The position numbers and the translations under genes are program-made. The notes below the pieces were generated by a model. It searched no databases and was not told the origin of the DNA. It saw nothing but the letters and a program-made list of their open reading frames with translations. DNA of 58,463 bases, from the NCBI GenBank assembly GCA_964464605.1, contig CAYXJN010000009.1:126001-184463 (forward strand), written 5' to 3'. The DNA comes from an uncultured Ignavibacteriales bacterium. Its GTDB lineage: Bacteria; Zixibacteria; MSB-5A5; GN15; FEB-12. Below, piece after piece: positions 47,570-56,714 of this stretch (position 1 is its first letter; every line of letters starts with the position of its first letter).

Positions 47570-49576
47570 TTACAGTTCGGTGTCCCCGGACTGGGCGGCC
47601 TCTCCGTCGTTAGAAGCGGGACGAAGATTTTCCGGCATGGCATCCGCCATAGTCGTAGATCCTCCACCCTGATGCTTCGCCAGATATTCATCCAGTTCAG
47701 CCTTCTCACGTTTCTTATAGTATGCGGCAACAGACAAAACGATCTTGTGCTGGTTCTTGTCGAACTCAAGCACCTGAAGCGGGAGCTTTTCTCCTTCAGC
47801 AAACACACCGGTCGGATCATTTAAATCCTTTTTACCGAGCTGCGCAGTCGGAACGAATCCTTCCACTTCACCGTCGAGATCAACAATCACGCCGCGATCC
47901 ATCACTTTGGTAATCGTTCCGAGACACTCCGTACCAACCGCGAACTTGCGGGAGATTTCGGGCCACGGATCATCACCAAGCTGCTTAAAGCCGAGTGAGA
48001 TACGACGATTCTCATGATCGATCTTGATAATCTTCACGTCAATCTTATCACCCTTCTTCATAATTTCAGAGGGGTGCTGAATACGCTTGGTCCATGACAT
48101 ATCGGAGATATGAACCAATCCGTCGATACCTTCTTCCAGCTCGATAAACGCGCCGAAAGCGGTCAGATTACGGACTTTGCCGGAAACGATTTTACCGACC
48201 GGGAACTTCTCTTCGATAGTATTCCATGGATCCGGTTCCATCTGTTTGATACCGAGCGAAATCTTTTCGTTATCTTTATCTACGGAAAGCACGATCGCAT
48301 CGACTTTATCATTCACATTCATAATCTTGGACGGATGCTTGATATGCTGTGTCCATGACATTTCGGAAACGTGAATAAGTCCTTCGATTCCTTTTTCTAA
48401 TTCAATAAACGCGCCGTAGTCGGTAACGGAAACAACGCGGCCGGTAATTTTGGTACCGATCGGATATTTCTGTTCGATATTTTCCCACGGATACGGCGTC
48501 ATCTGCTTCAAGCCGAGAGAAATACGCTGCGTTTTATCATCGAAATCGAGAATTTTCACATCAATCTTGTCGCCGAGCGAAACGATTTCGGACGGGTGCT
48601 TAATACGACCCCATGACATATCGGTGATATGTAAGAGTCCGTCAACGCCGCCCAAGTCAATAAAGACGCCGAAATCAGTAACGTTCTTGACCACACCCTG
48701 ACGAATCTGCCCGACGGCGATTTCGTTTAAGAGTGAGGAGCGCAGCTTGTCCCGCTCCTGCTCAAGAACCATGCGGCGGGAAACGACGATATTACGGCGG
48801 TTCTTGTTAATCTTGATGATCTTGAAGTCCATCATCTGATTCAAGAGTGCATCAAAATCCGGAACCTGACGCAATGCTACCTGCGAGCCAGGCAAAAAGG
48901 CATCGACTCCCATAACGTCCACAACCAAACCACCCTTGATACGACGGGCGATTCGACCCTGAACGGTTTCACCATTGTCATGAATATCGCGGATTCTGTC
49001 CCAGACCCGCATGAAATCTGCTTTTTGTTTGGACAGAATAAGCTGGCCGTTGTTGTCTTCGATCTGTTCGAGGAAAACCTCAATCGGGTCGCCGACTTTA
49101 ACGGTTACCGGATACGGAAACTCGGTAATCGGAATAATGCCTTCGGATTTGAAACCGACATCGACAATAACGTCGTCTCTGGTAACCCCGAGCACGCGTC
49201 CTTTGACGATTTCACCTTCTTTGATGTCCTGAATGGTGGAATCATACATCGCCACCATCGCATCGTAATCCTGCTTGTCATAGACAACGCCGGATACGTC
49301 GGTGATTTTCATCGACTCGACCGATGCAATCGGGCTTGGGGCTTCAATAATCGCCGCACGTTGGCGAGCTTTTTCGGCGACACGTTTGTGCCGCTCAGTC
49401 GCTAACAACTGGCTTTCTTTTGCCTCTTCAACAGCATTTTGAACGACTGTTCCCAGCCCTGCTGTTTCCGGTTTCGTGATTTTTGTTTTGACCCGTTTGG
49501 TCTTCTTTGCGGTCACTGCTTTACGGCGTGATAACCGTGCAGCTGCGCTTTCTGTTTCTTGTTTGGCCTGCGCCAT
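47570..49576 (-). CDS. rpsA: 30S ribosomal protein S1 with N-terminal extension
   Basis: Six S1 repeats (DVGFKSEG, FLPGSQV, DGLLHITDMSW, EGLIHVSEMSW, DGLVHISDMSW); AGGAGG upstream; cmk-plsC-rpsA synteny. Confidence 0.97.
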   Translation of the reverse strand: MAQAKQETESAAARLSRRKAVTAKKTKRVKTKITKPETAGLGTVVQNAVEEAKESQLLATERHKRVAEKARQRAAIIEAPSPIASVESMKITDVSGVVYDKQDYDAMVAMYDSTIQDIKEGEIVKGRVLGVTRDDVIVDVGFKSEGIIPITEFPYPVTVKVGDPIEVFLEQIEDNNGQLILSKQKADFMRVWDRIRDIHDNGETVQGRIARRIKGGLVVDVMGVDAFLPGSQVALRQVPDFDALLNQMMDFKIIKINKNRRNIVVSRRMVLEQERDKLRSSLLNEIAVGQIRQGVVKNVTDFGVFIDLGGVDGLLHITDMSWGRIKHPSEIVSLGDKIDVKILDFDDKTQRISLGLKQMTPYPWENIEQKYPIGTKITGRVVSVTDYGAFIELEKGIEGLIHVSEMSWTQHIKHPSKIMNVNDKVDAIVLSVDKDNEKISLGIKQMEPDPWNTIEEKFPVGKIVSGKVRNLTAFGAFIELEEGIDGLVHISDMSWTKRIQHPSEIMKKGDKIDVKIIKIDHENRRISLGFKQLGDDPWPEISRKFAVGTECLGTITKVMDRGVIVDLDGEVEGFVPTAQLGKKDLNDPTGVFAEGEKLPLQVLEFDKNQHKIVLSVAAYYKKREKAELDEYLAKHQGGGSTTMADAMPENLRPASNDGEAAQSGDTEL

Positions 49577-49756
49577 GCGTGGAAAAAGAACCTCCTAACA
49601 ACTCTCTGAATGGCCTTGAATTTTTCCGGGAAGGAAAACCATCAGATCGGACGCTTTGCATCCGGCCGCCTTGAGCGGACTGTGAATATAGTGTAACCTA
49701 TCGGAAGCGCAAGGGGATTCTGAAGTTAAAGTGACAAAATAAGTTACGGAAAGCGC

Positions 49757-50374
49757 TTACCGCGCCAAAACAGCCTGTTTGAGCCGGATAATCCGCTCCA
49801 TCACGGCGTTCGCAACTTCCATATATCCCTCTTTCGTGACCGGTCGCTGTGCGATCCATTCCGAAGGAATCGGTTCACCGAACGTGATGCTCATTTTCTG
49901 TTTTCGAATCAGACATTCCCACAGATGATTCGCACCATGAATATACCCCGGCACAATCGGACAAACGGCAGCAGTCGCCAACACCCCGATTCCCGGTTTT
50001 GGGGAGAGAAAGTTATCGGTCTTCGAGCGAGTCCCTTCCGGAAAGACCGTCAATCCATTTCCCGCTTTAATAACCTCAACCGCGCGCTGTACACCGTCCC
50101 GATCAATTGTTCCGCGCCGAATCGGCAGCGCGTTGGTGCGGCTGATAATATTTCCGAAAATCCTGTTTCGGAATAGTTCTTCTTTGGCGAAAAAATACAT
50201 CTCCCGCGTTGCCCAGCTCCCTGCCAGTAACGGATCAAAATACGACGTATGATTCGTCGCTAAAATAAACCCGCCGGTTTTGGGAAAATGTTCCTGCCCG
50301 CTAACGTTGATAAAAAAAGGGAATGTGCTGAAGATGCGGGTAAAGCTCCACCCCGCATAGTACAGGATTTTCAT
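49757..50374 (-). CDS. plsC: 1-acyl-sn-glycerol-3-phosphate acyltransferase
   Basis: NHTSYFD, FAKEELF, FPEGTRS, PIVP. Confidence 0.92.
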   Translation of the reverse strand: MKILYYAGWSFTRIFSTFPFFINVSGQEHFPKTGGFILATNHTSYFDPLLAGSWATREMYFFAKEELFRNRIFGNIISRTNALPIRRGTIDRDGVQRAVEVIKAGNGLTVFPEGTRSKTDNFLSPKPGIGVLATAAVCPIVPGYIHGANHLWECLIRKQKMSITFGEPIPSEWIAQRPVTKEGYMEVANAVMERIIRLKQAVLAR

Positions 50375-51087
50375 CCGCTTTTGACCAGCGACCGCACCAG
50401 TTCGACAATTTTATCTACCTGCTGTTCGACAGAAAGGTGCGATGTATCGATAACAATCGCTTCCCGCGATTTCAAAAGCGGTGAATGTTGCCGTGAGGAA
50501 TCATATTTGTCGCGGCGTTCGATATCTTCAATCTGTTCTTCCAGCGTAGTGGTAATACCAATTTTAGCCAGATCAAGCAAACGACGGTTGGCACGCTGCT
50601 CGACAGAAGCATCCAGAAATATCTTAACATCTGCCTGTGGAAACACCACAGTTGTCGTATCGCGCCCTTCGGCAACGAGCGAACCTTCCCGCCCGATACT
50701 TCGCTGCTTGGACACCATCGCCTCCCGCACCCCCTTGTGCGCGGAAACTTCGGAAACCTGTTTCGTTATTTCGGGAGTGCGGATAACTTCAGTGACATCT
50801 TCGCCGTTAATCGAAACCCGATTGACGCCATCTACCAGTTGAAAGTCGATAGGAAGTTTGCGGGCAAGCGCTGTCAGCTTTACTTCATCAGATGGCGCAA
50901 CGCCATGTTTGAGCGCGAACCAAGTAAGCGCACGGTACATTGCACCGGTGTCGAGATACCGAAATCCGAGCCGTGCGGCAACCAGTCGGGATGTCGTCGT
51001 CTTCCCCGCGCCGGCAGGACCGTCGATAGCGACAATTTTCCCTTTCAGGCTTGGGAGATTCAGTTTGACGGTGTTGCTTAAATTCAT
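50371..51087 (-). CDS. cmk: Cytidylate kinase
   Basis: AIDGPAGAGKTT, YLDTGAMYRA, AEGRD, KIFLDAS, RDKYD (ORF track starts 51135). Confidence 0.96.
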   Translation of the reverse strand: MNLSNTVKLNLPSLKGKIVAIDGPAGAGKTTTSRLVAARLGFRYLDTGAMYRALTWFALKHGVAPSDEVKLTALARKLPIDFQLVDGVNRVSINGEDVTEVIRTPEITKQVSEVSAHKGVREAMVSKQRSIGREGSLVAEGRDTTTVVFPQADVKIFLDASVEQRANRRLLDLAKIGITTTLEEQIEDIERRDKYDSSRQHSPLLKSREAIVIDTSHLSVEQQVDKIVELVRSLVKSG

Positions 51088-51110
51088 ATTAACAGAAAAT
51101 GAAAATCCAT

Positions 51111-51884
51111 TTACTGCGGAAGCGATCCAAACCATTTAACGTGTAAAGAATCATAGGTACCGTCAGTTCGAATCTTTTGCAATCCGCTGTTTATCTGCTT
51201 TAAAAGTTCCGGTTCCGATTTTGGAATCAGAATCCCATACTGTTCGGATGATAACAATTCCCCAACCGTTTTCGCCGTGCCATGTGCTTTGATATACGCC
51301 TGCGTGGTCGGGAAGTCATTTAAGACGGCATCCAAATTGCCGTTCGCCATATCGATAAACGCTGCGCCGATGTTATCGAACGGGAAGACCTGCGCACCTT
51401 CAATCTTTTTCGCCATCATTTCACCGGTAGTACCAAGCTGAACACCGACCCGCTTTCCGGACAGCTGCGTAACCGATGTCGTCAATGTATCGGTAAACGG
51501 CACAGCGACAACTTGTCCCGCTAAATAATACGGATCGGAAAAATTGACTACCTGCTGCCGCTCCGGCGTGATAGTCGTTGCGGAAATCGCGACATCATAC
51601 TTACCCCCGGTCAGACCGGGAATCATGCCGTCGAACGGCACCGCCGTAAACTCGACACTCCAGCCGTTCGTTTTGGCAATAGCGGTGATAAGCTCGATAT
51701 CGAACCCGTCGATTTCCCCGGTTTGCGGATTGACTGTTTCAAAGGGTGGGTAGGTCGGGTCGGTTCCGACACGAAGCAGTGTCCGGTTGGCCGGGTCGCT
51801 CTTTTGTCCTCCACCGCATGATGCGATGAATAGCGCGACCAGACAAAGAATTAAGGCGAAAATAAGAGGGATTTTACGTGTCAT
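51111..51884 (-). CDS. Polar amino-acid ABC transporter substrate-binding lipoprotein (family 3)
   Basis: Lipobox IASC; YPPFE, GFDIEL, TITPERQ..FSDPY, GVQLGTTG, KWFG. Confidence 0.92.
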   Translation of the reverse strand: MTRKIPLIFALILCLVALFIASCGGGQKSDPANRTLLRVGTDPTYPPFETVNPQTGEIDGFDIELITAIAKTNGWSVEFTAVPFDGMIPGLTGGKYDVAISATTITPERQQVVNFSDPYYLAGQVVAVPFTDTLTTSVTQLSGKRVGVQLGTTGEMMAKKIEGAQVFPFDNIGAAFIDMANGNLDAVLNDFPTTQAYIKAHGTAKTVGELLSSEQYGILIPKSEPELLKQINSGLQKIRTDGTYDSLHVKWFGSLPQ

Positions 51885-51974
51885 TTGTCTACGATTGAAA
51901 CAAATCCGCGCCGTAAAGGCAACGGAATTTTTTCATCGCAGCAGGCGGCTGAAATGATGATTCCGGCAACCGAA

Positions 51975-52877
51975 TCAATAATAGTCGACGGAAATTTGGC
52001 GGAGGTTGTCACCGAGTTTTAATTCAAAGCGAACCGGGTAACTATCAAAGTCATCGGAAACATATCCACCATCCTCTTCATGCAATCCCATCTGTCCGAA
52101 ATAGTCATGATACTCGTCGGACTCCACGCGCAAACCGCTCGATTGCGGCAAACGGAACCGAACCGATGCTCCCGAGCCGTTTATTTCGATTCGCACCACC
52201 GGAACCAGCTCGCCGAGTTTGACATAGATATTGTCATCTTCCCCGTCAATCGACAGCTTTGTCACCTGATTGTTCGCGAGATTCAAGTGGAGATCGGACT
52301 CAGTGCTCTGACAGGTCAGTTCCATCGGCACATTACGGGAGAACCTGATATACCAGTCTTCCAGTTCATCAAAATCAATTTTCACCACGCCGCCGAATAC
52401 ATCCTTCTGACGGCTGCTGACAGTCATACGGGCGACACCGTCGCTGATATCATGGTCGACTTTCGGCGCGCGAATAGTCTGATCGAACTTCCCTTCAACT
52501 AATTTTTCACTCGCATCCCGCACGGTCAAATTCGATTTCCGCATTTCAAGATTCGCCTGAATAAGACGAACCCCGGGATCTTCATCGATTTCAAACTGCG
52601 ATTCGCCGATTTTATCGGTAGAAAAATCACCGCGATATTCATCGGATAATGCCAGATACAACCCACCGGCAAACAGAAGCACGGAAGTCGCGTACGAGAT
52701 AAACTGCATTTTGGAGCCGGTAAAAATCTTTTCGATTCCGACTGCGATCAACAGCGCCGGTAGAAAAGTAAGCCAGTCCCACCAGAAATCCCAATTCACA
52801 ACTCCCGTATTACGCAGCAAAAGCACGGTACCGATTAATACTAACAACATTCCCCAGCGAAACCTTGCCGGTGTCAT
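51975..52877 (-). CDS. LiaF/LiaI-like (DUF5668) membrane protein with C-terminal beta-solenoid domain
   Basis: WGMLLVLIGTVLLLRNTG..PALLIAVGIEKI then beta-rich adhesin-like repeats. Confidence 0.7.
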   Translation of the reverse strand: MTPARFRWGMLLVLIGTVLLLRNTGVVNWDFWWDWLTFLPALLIAVGIEKIFTGSKMQFISYATSVLLFAGGLYLALSDEYRGDFSTDKIGESQFEIDEDPGVRLIQANLEMRKSNLTVRDASEKLVEGKFDQTIRAPKVDHDISDGVARMTVSSRQKDVFGGVVKIDFDELEDWYIRFSRNVPMELTCQSTESDLHLNLANNQVTKLSIDGEDDNIYVKLGELVPVVRIEINGSGASVRFRLPQSSGLRVESDEYHDYFGQMGLHEEDGGYVSDDFDSYPVRFELKLGDNLRQISVDYY

Positions 52878-52924
52878 ATCTGTACTCTCCTTTTTATGCT
52901 CATACCTGCCATCCGTTCATCCGT

Positions 52925-53380
52925 TTACGAATTGTGAGCTTCTCTTCCCTGTATCGAGCGGTAGATGACAAAGATACCGATTACAATAAGCGCTACCGGG
53001 AAAAATTCCGTCCAGCTGAACCAGAACACCGTTTGCCGTATAAGCAAAACAGCGCCGACAATAACTAAAATCAACCCTGGTAAATAACGTGTAATCGAGG
53101 ATGAACTATTAAACATTGCCGCATTACTGCTTCCACTACCTCCGGATGCGGTATGGCCAGTTCCGCTGTTACCTGATGTATTCATATCCGATTCAAACGG
53201 CCGGCGAGGAATAACAATCCAGGCAATTATGTAGCCTAAAACACCTGAACCGCCGGCAAAGACGAAAACCACGAAGGCAAGGCGGATAATGACCGGATCA
53301 ATGTTGAAATATTCTCCAAGGCCACCGCAAACTCCGGCGATTACCTTGTTGATGTCTGAACGGTACAGTTTTCTTTCCAT
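52925..53380 (-). CDS. pspC: PspC domain-containing protein
   Basis: KLYRS..KVIAGVCGGLGEYFNIDPVIIRL..YIIAWIVIP; C-terminal LiaF-like TM pair. Confidence 0.9.
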   Translation of the reverse strand: MERKLYRSDINKVIAGVCGGLGEYFNIDPVIIRLAFVVFVFAGGSGVLGYIIAWIVIPRRPFESDMNTSGNSGTGHTASGGSGSSNAAMFNSSSSITRYLPGLILVIVGAVLLIRQTVFWFSWTEFFPVALIVIGIFVIYRSIQGREAHNS

Positions 53381-53448
53381 GGGCACCTCACACTCTCATC
53401 ATTGTTCAGAAAGAATATACGGGAACCGGCCTGAAATGTTACGAAAAA

Positions 53449-54555
53449 TCAACGCCCGGAATCCGGCTTGTCGGCAGCAAGCGAATCAAGATATTCCTGC
53501 GCCTGCTTGCGAAGCTGTTGATCGGTGCCGGTGGAATACTTGGTCAGCGAATCAATCGATTGCTGTTTGAGCGACGAATCGGAACTCTGGCGCGCAAGCT
53601 GATACCAGACAGTCAACAGCGACATCTGCTCAGCCGGTGTGGAAGACTTAAACAATGATGGTTTACTTTCTTGCGTCAGGCTGTTCACCTTGCCGATTTT
53701 TGATTTTTCCTTCTTGAGCAGCGCATAGAGTGAATCCCGTTGATGTAGCAATTGCCCGATTTCATCTGTCGTTGTCCGCGCTAAATCTTCTTCCGCCGCT
53801 CTCACCGGAGATTCAGCGCTGAGCGCCATCGGTGATTCAGCCGTTTCTTTTTTGGACGCTTCCTGTTCAGCCATTTTTGGTGAGGCGGATGGCGCCGGTG
53901 CAGCGAATTGTTGTGACGCACCGGCGGTTTCATCAGCAACAGATTCCTGAGCTTTTAAACTTACTGCCGAATCTTTTATCTCTTTGACATCTTTATCCGT
54001 CGCCAATTGAGGACGTTTGTCTGTCGTCTGCGATTTCTCCGGGGGAGCTACCGGAGGCGGAATTGGAATCGGATTTCCTTCTAAATCAACTCCTTTGCTA
54101 ATGGAGTCAAACAACTCAGCACTGTCGACATACTTCGATATGCTATCATTTCGACCTTTGTACAAAACTTTCGTGGTCTTTTCTTCCACCCGCTGTTCGA
54201 TATGCTCACGATCTTTAAAACCGATATAGGCAACCAACACCAGCGATGCTGCCGTAGCGATCATCGCCGAAACCCGGAACGGTGTCCATTGCCAGCCGGA
54301 TTCTTTTTCTTTGGGCGCTTTTGCTTTACCGAACCCAAGTTTTTCTTCAATCTTCTGCGCTGATTTTTCCCAATACAAATCATCCCGCAGTTCCGCCTGT
54401 TGGTCGACCATAGCGGTAAACTGACGCAGTTCTTCCAACTCCTTTTGCGCCTCAGGATGAGCCGCCAGATACTGCTCGACAATCAACCGCTCATCCGGCG
54501 GCAGTTGGTTATCGAGATAGGCGGAGAGCTTATCGCGGAAATATGCGTCGTTCAT
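53449..54555 (-). CDS. Anti-sigma factor (degenerate ZAS domain, one TM, extracytoplasmic tail)
   Basis: LSAYLDNQL..VEQYLAAHPEA; TM IATAASLVLVAYIG; coupled to ECF sigma. Confidence 0.8.
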   Translation of the reverse strand: MNDAYFRDKLSAYLDNQLPPDERLIVEQYLAAHPEAQKELEELRQFTAMVDQQAELRDDLYWEKSAQKIEEKLGFGKAKAPKEKESGWQWTPFRVSAMIATAASLVLVAYIGFKDREHIEQRVEEKTTKVLYKGRNDSISKYVDSAELFDSISKGVDLEGNPIPIPPPVAPPEKSQTTDKRPQLATDKDVKEIKDSAVSLKAQESVADETAGASQQFAAPAPSASPKMAEQEASKKETAESPMALSAESPVRAAEEDLARTTTDEIGQLLHQRDSLYALLKKEKSKIGKVNSLTQESKPSLFKSSTPAEQMSLLTVWYQLARQSSDSSLKQQSIDSLTKYSTGTDQQLRKQAQEYLDSLAADKPDSGR

Positions 54556-55151
54556 AATAGATCTTTCAATTTTTCCATAAGCATCTGGCGCGCGCGATGC
54601 AGCCGTGAATCAACTGTCCCCGGCGGGATTTTCAGAAAATTCGCAATCTGCACGTAATCCATCTCTTCAAAATGCCTGCACACAAACACTGAGCGGTATT
54701 GCACCGGCAGTGAAAGCACCGCCTGATAAAACCGTTTCTGCCCTTCATCAGTTAACAGCCGCTCGAATGGCCCGGCCTCTGCCGAAGTCATCTCCCAGCC
54801 TGCTTCCTGCAGCTGGTCGAGCGATTCCTGTTTCTCCATCCGGTGCATTTGATTAAAAGTCAGATTTCGCGCGATAGTCGACAGCCAGGGGTAAAATGAC
54901 ATGTCGCTGCGAAAGGTTTTGATAGCTTCGTACGCTTTAACAAATGTTTCCTGCACGATATCCTCAGTTTGATCGAACTGGCGGGTCAGTCCGTAAATGA
55001 ACCTGAAAAGCCGCTTTTGATGCATCCGAACTAACTGCCCGTATGCCGCGCCGTTCCCATTCTGCGCCGCCTCGACCAGTGACCGTTCATTCGGCGCTCC
55101 CGAATTTCCTACCGTTTCAGCGACCTTTTCTTCCCGCTTTTTTTCGCTCAT
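54552..55151 (-). CDS. ECF RNA polymerase sigma factor (SigW/RpoE-like)
   Basis: EDIVQETF, FYPWLSTIARN, LPVQYRSVF, PGTVDSRLHRAR. Confidence 0.93.
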   Translation of the reverse strand: MSEKKREEKVAETVGNSGAPNERSLVEAAQNGNGAAYGQLVRMHQKRLFRFIYGLTRQFDQTEDIVQETFVKAYEAIKTFRSDMSFYPWLSTIARNLTFNQMHRMEKQESLDQLQEAGWEMTSAEAGPFERLLTDEGQKRFYQAVLSLPVQYRSVFVCRHFEEMDYVQIANFLKIPPGTVDSRLHRARQMLMEKLKDLL

Positions 55152-56125
55152 TTCGATCTCTGGGTAAGGGAAACGAACAGAACTTCCATGCGGGTATCCG
55201 GCTTGTAAATCCCCTGCCGTAAATCAGACCAGCAGTCTGCCAATTGCAGCAACACCTGCTCAAGCTGTTCCGATTCAAACTGTTTGGCCTGCTCGGCAAA
55301 CTGCCGAGCCAGCCAGGGGGGCTGGATATTCGGCCGTTTATGCTTGGCCATATAGAGGGACAAAAAGTGCCGGTGCAAAAAGACCAAAATACTGTCGGGG
55401 CTGTTTCCGTCTGCCAAAAGAGTCCGCAAATCCTGCAGTGACTGAGCGGTATTCCCGTGTGCCACCGTGTCGGCGATTTTGAACAGATCAGCCGTCGCAT
55501 AGCTCGAAACGAGATTTCGTATCTGCTCTTCGGTAACCGTCGCCGGGCCGTTAGTGTAATTGATAAGCTTCAAAATCTCATTTTCAAGCGCACCTTTGTT
55601 GCCGCCGATGGAATCGACAAACAAACGAAGCGCCGCCGGTTCGAGTTTGATTCCCTCTTTTTGCAAACGCGCGCTTACGAAAGAAGTCGCCTCATCTGCC
55701 GTAAGCGGCTTGAATTCAATACTCGTTACCGCTTCAGTGATGCTTTTGAAAAACTTCCCCCGTTTATCGGGCATACGCGCAGAGGGAGAGGAAAAAATAA
55801 CGACCCGGTTCGGATCAGGCGGACTCAAAAGTTTGAATACCCGCTCGACATCGTTCGGCCTGTAATGCTGAAAATCAGAAACCGAAATAACTTCCCGCTG
55901 ACCGAGCATCGGCAAGTTCGACAATTGCGCCAACAAATCGGCGGTGTTGGTACGACGCCCGTCTATTTTCCGATAATTCGTGCTTATCTGCAGATCAGGC
56001 AGAAACTGGCGGACAAGAAATTTCTCGGCTTCGATTTTCCGGAAATCCTCATCCCCGTAAAAATAGTACGCGGGCTTGAATTTTCCGGCGTTGATGTCGT
56101 TGAGTAAGTCGCGGGCGGTGGTCAT
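55148..56125 (-). CDS. holA: DNA polymerase III subunit delta
   Basis: KPAYYFYGDE, NLPMLGQREV, LENEILKLINY, DLFKIAD. Confidence 0.88.
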   Translation of the reverse strand: MTTARDLLNDINAGKFKPAYYFYGDEDFRKIEAEKFLVRQFLPDLQISTNYRKIDGRRTNTADLLAQLSNLPMLGQREVISVSDFQHYRPNDVERVFKLLSPPDPNRVVIFSSPSARMPDKRGKFFKSITEAVTSIEFKPLTADEATSFVSARLQKEGIKLEPAALRLFVDSIGGNKGALENEILKLINYTNGPATVTEEQIRNLVSSYATADLFKIADTVAHGNTAQSLQDLRTLLADGNSPDSILVFLHRHFLSLYMAKHKRPNIQPPWLARQFAEQAKQFESEQLEQVLLQLADCWSDLRQGIYKPDTRMEVLFVSLTQRSK

Positions 56126-56158
56126 GGCATAGGAATATGCCCTGACAACTTTGGCGGG

Positions 56159-56539
56159 TCAATCAGAAAGGGAATCTAAGGCGGCGTTTCGTTCTATCGA
56201 AATCCAGTCGAGTGAGAAGCGGTATTTTTCCCGGTAATGCTTCGCTTTTTCCATAAGCGGCGTGTATTGCATAGGCAATGAGGAACGGAAATTGACGCAA
56301 TTGACGATCGTCAAATTATCCCCATAAATCTCAAAGGTTCGGGCACCTATGAATTTCTGATTAGAATCGATAAATTCAAGCAGCGCTAATAAAGCGGCAA
56401 AGTCGGAGTGGTCATGGTCGACGGCATCAAAGGGAGCTTTAAACCGGATACCCAGTTCCGGAATATGAAACATCACCACCGAGGACTTATCTACCCCGCT
56501 TCGTTTGGGTAACTGGTATGAGCCGAAATAGCACTCCAT
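56159..56539 (-). CDS. RNase H-like fold protein with degenerate active site
   Basis: DFAALLALLE, EIYGDNLTIVN, WISIERNAALD align with RNase HI/RVT_3 motifs; ATG 56539 (ORF track starts 56656). Confidence 0.55.
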   Translation of the reverse strand: MECYFGSYQLPKRSGVDKSSVVMFHIPELGIRFKAPFDAVDHDHSDFAALLALLEFIDSNQKFIGARTFEIYGDNLTIVNCVNFRSSLPMQYTPLMEKAKHYREKYRFSLDWISIERNAALDSLSD

Positions 56540-56662
56540 ATCCGCTAAAAGGCAAGTTTCATGCCCTGTCGGGCAAATCCTCTGACCTGTTGCAGGAGAA
56601 TAAGTTCGACTGTAAGACTGGCCTAAGTATCTCCCTTTATTTGCAGTTTGCTTCACAGGAAT

Positions 56663-56692
56663 AAAAAACGGCCATTCGATGGAATGGCCGTT
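56663..56692 (-). terminator. Intrinsic terminator
   Basis: AACGGCCATTC/GAATGGCCGTT stem with T-tail on minus strand after the 56715 stop. Confidence 0.85.
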
Positions 56693-56714
56693 GCGAGTTT
56701 CTATGCAACTGATG

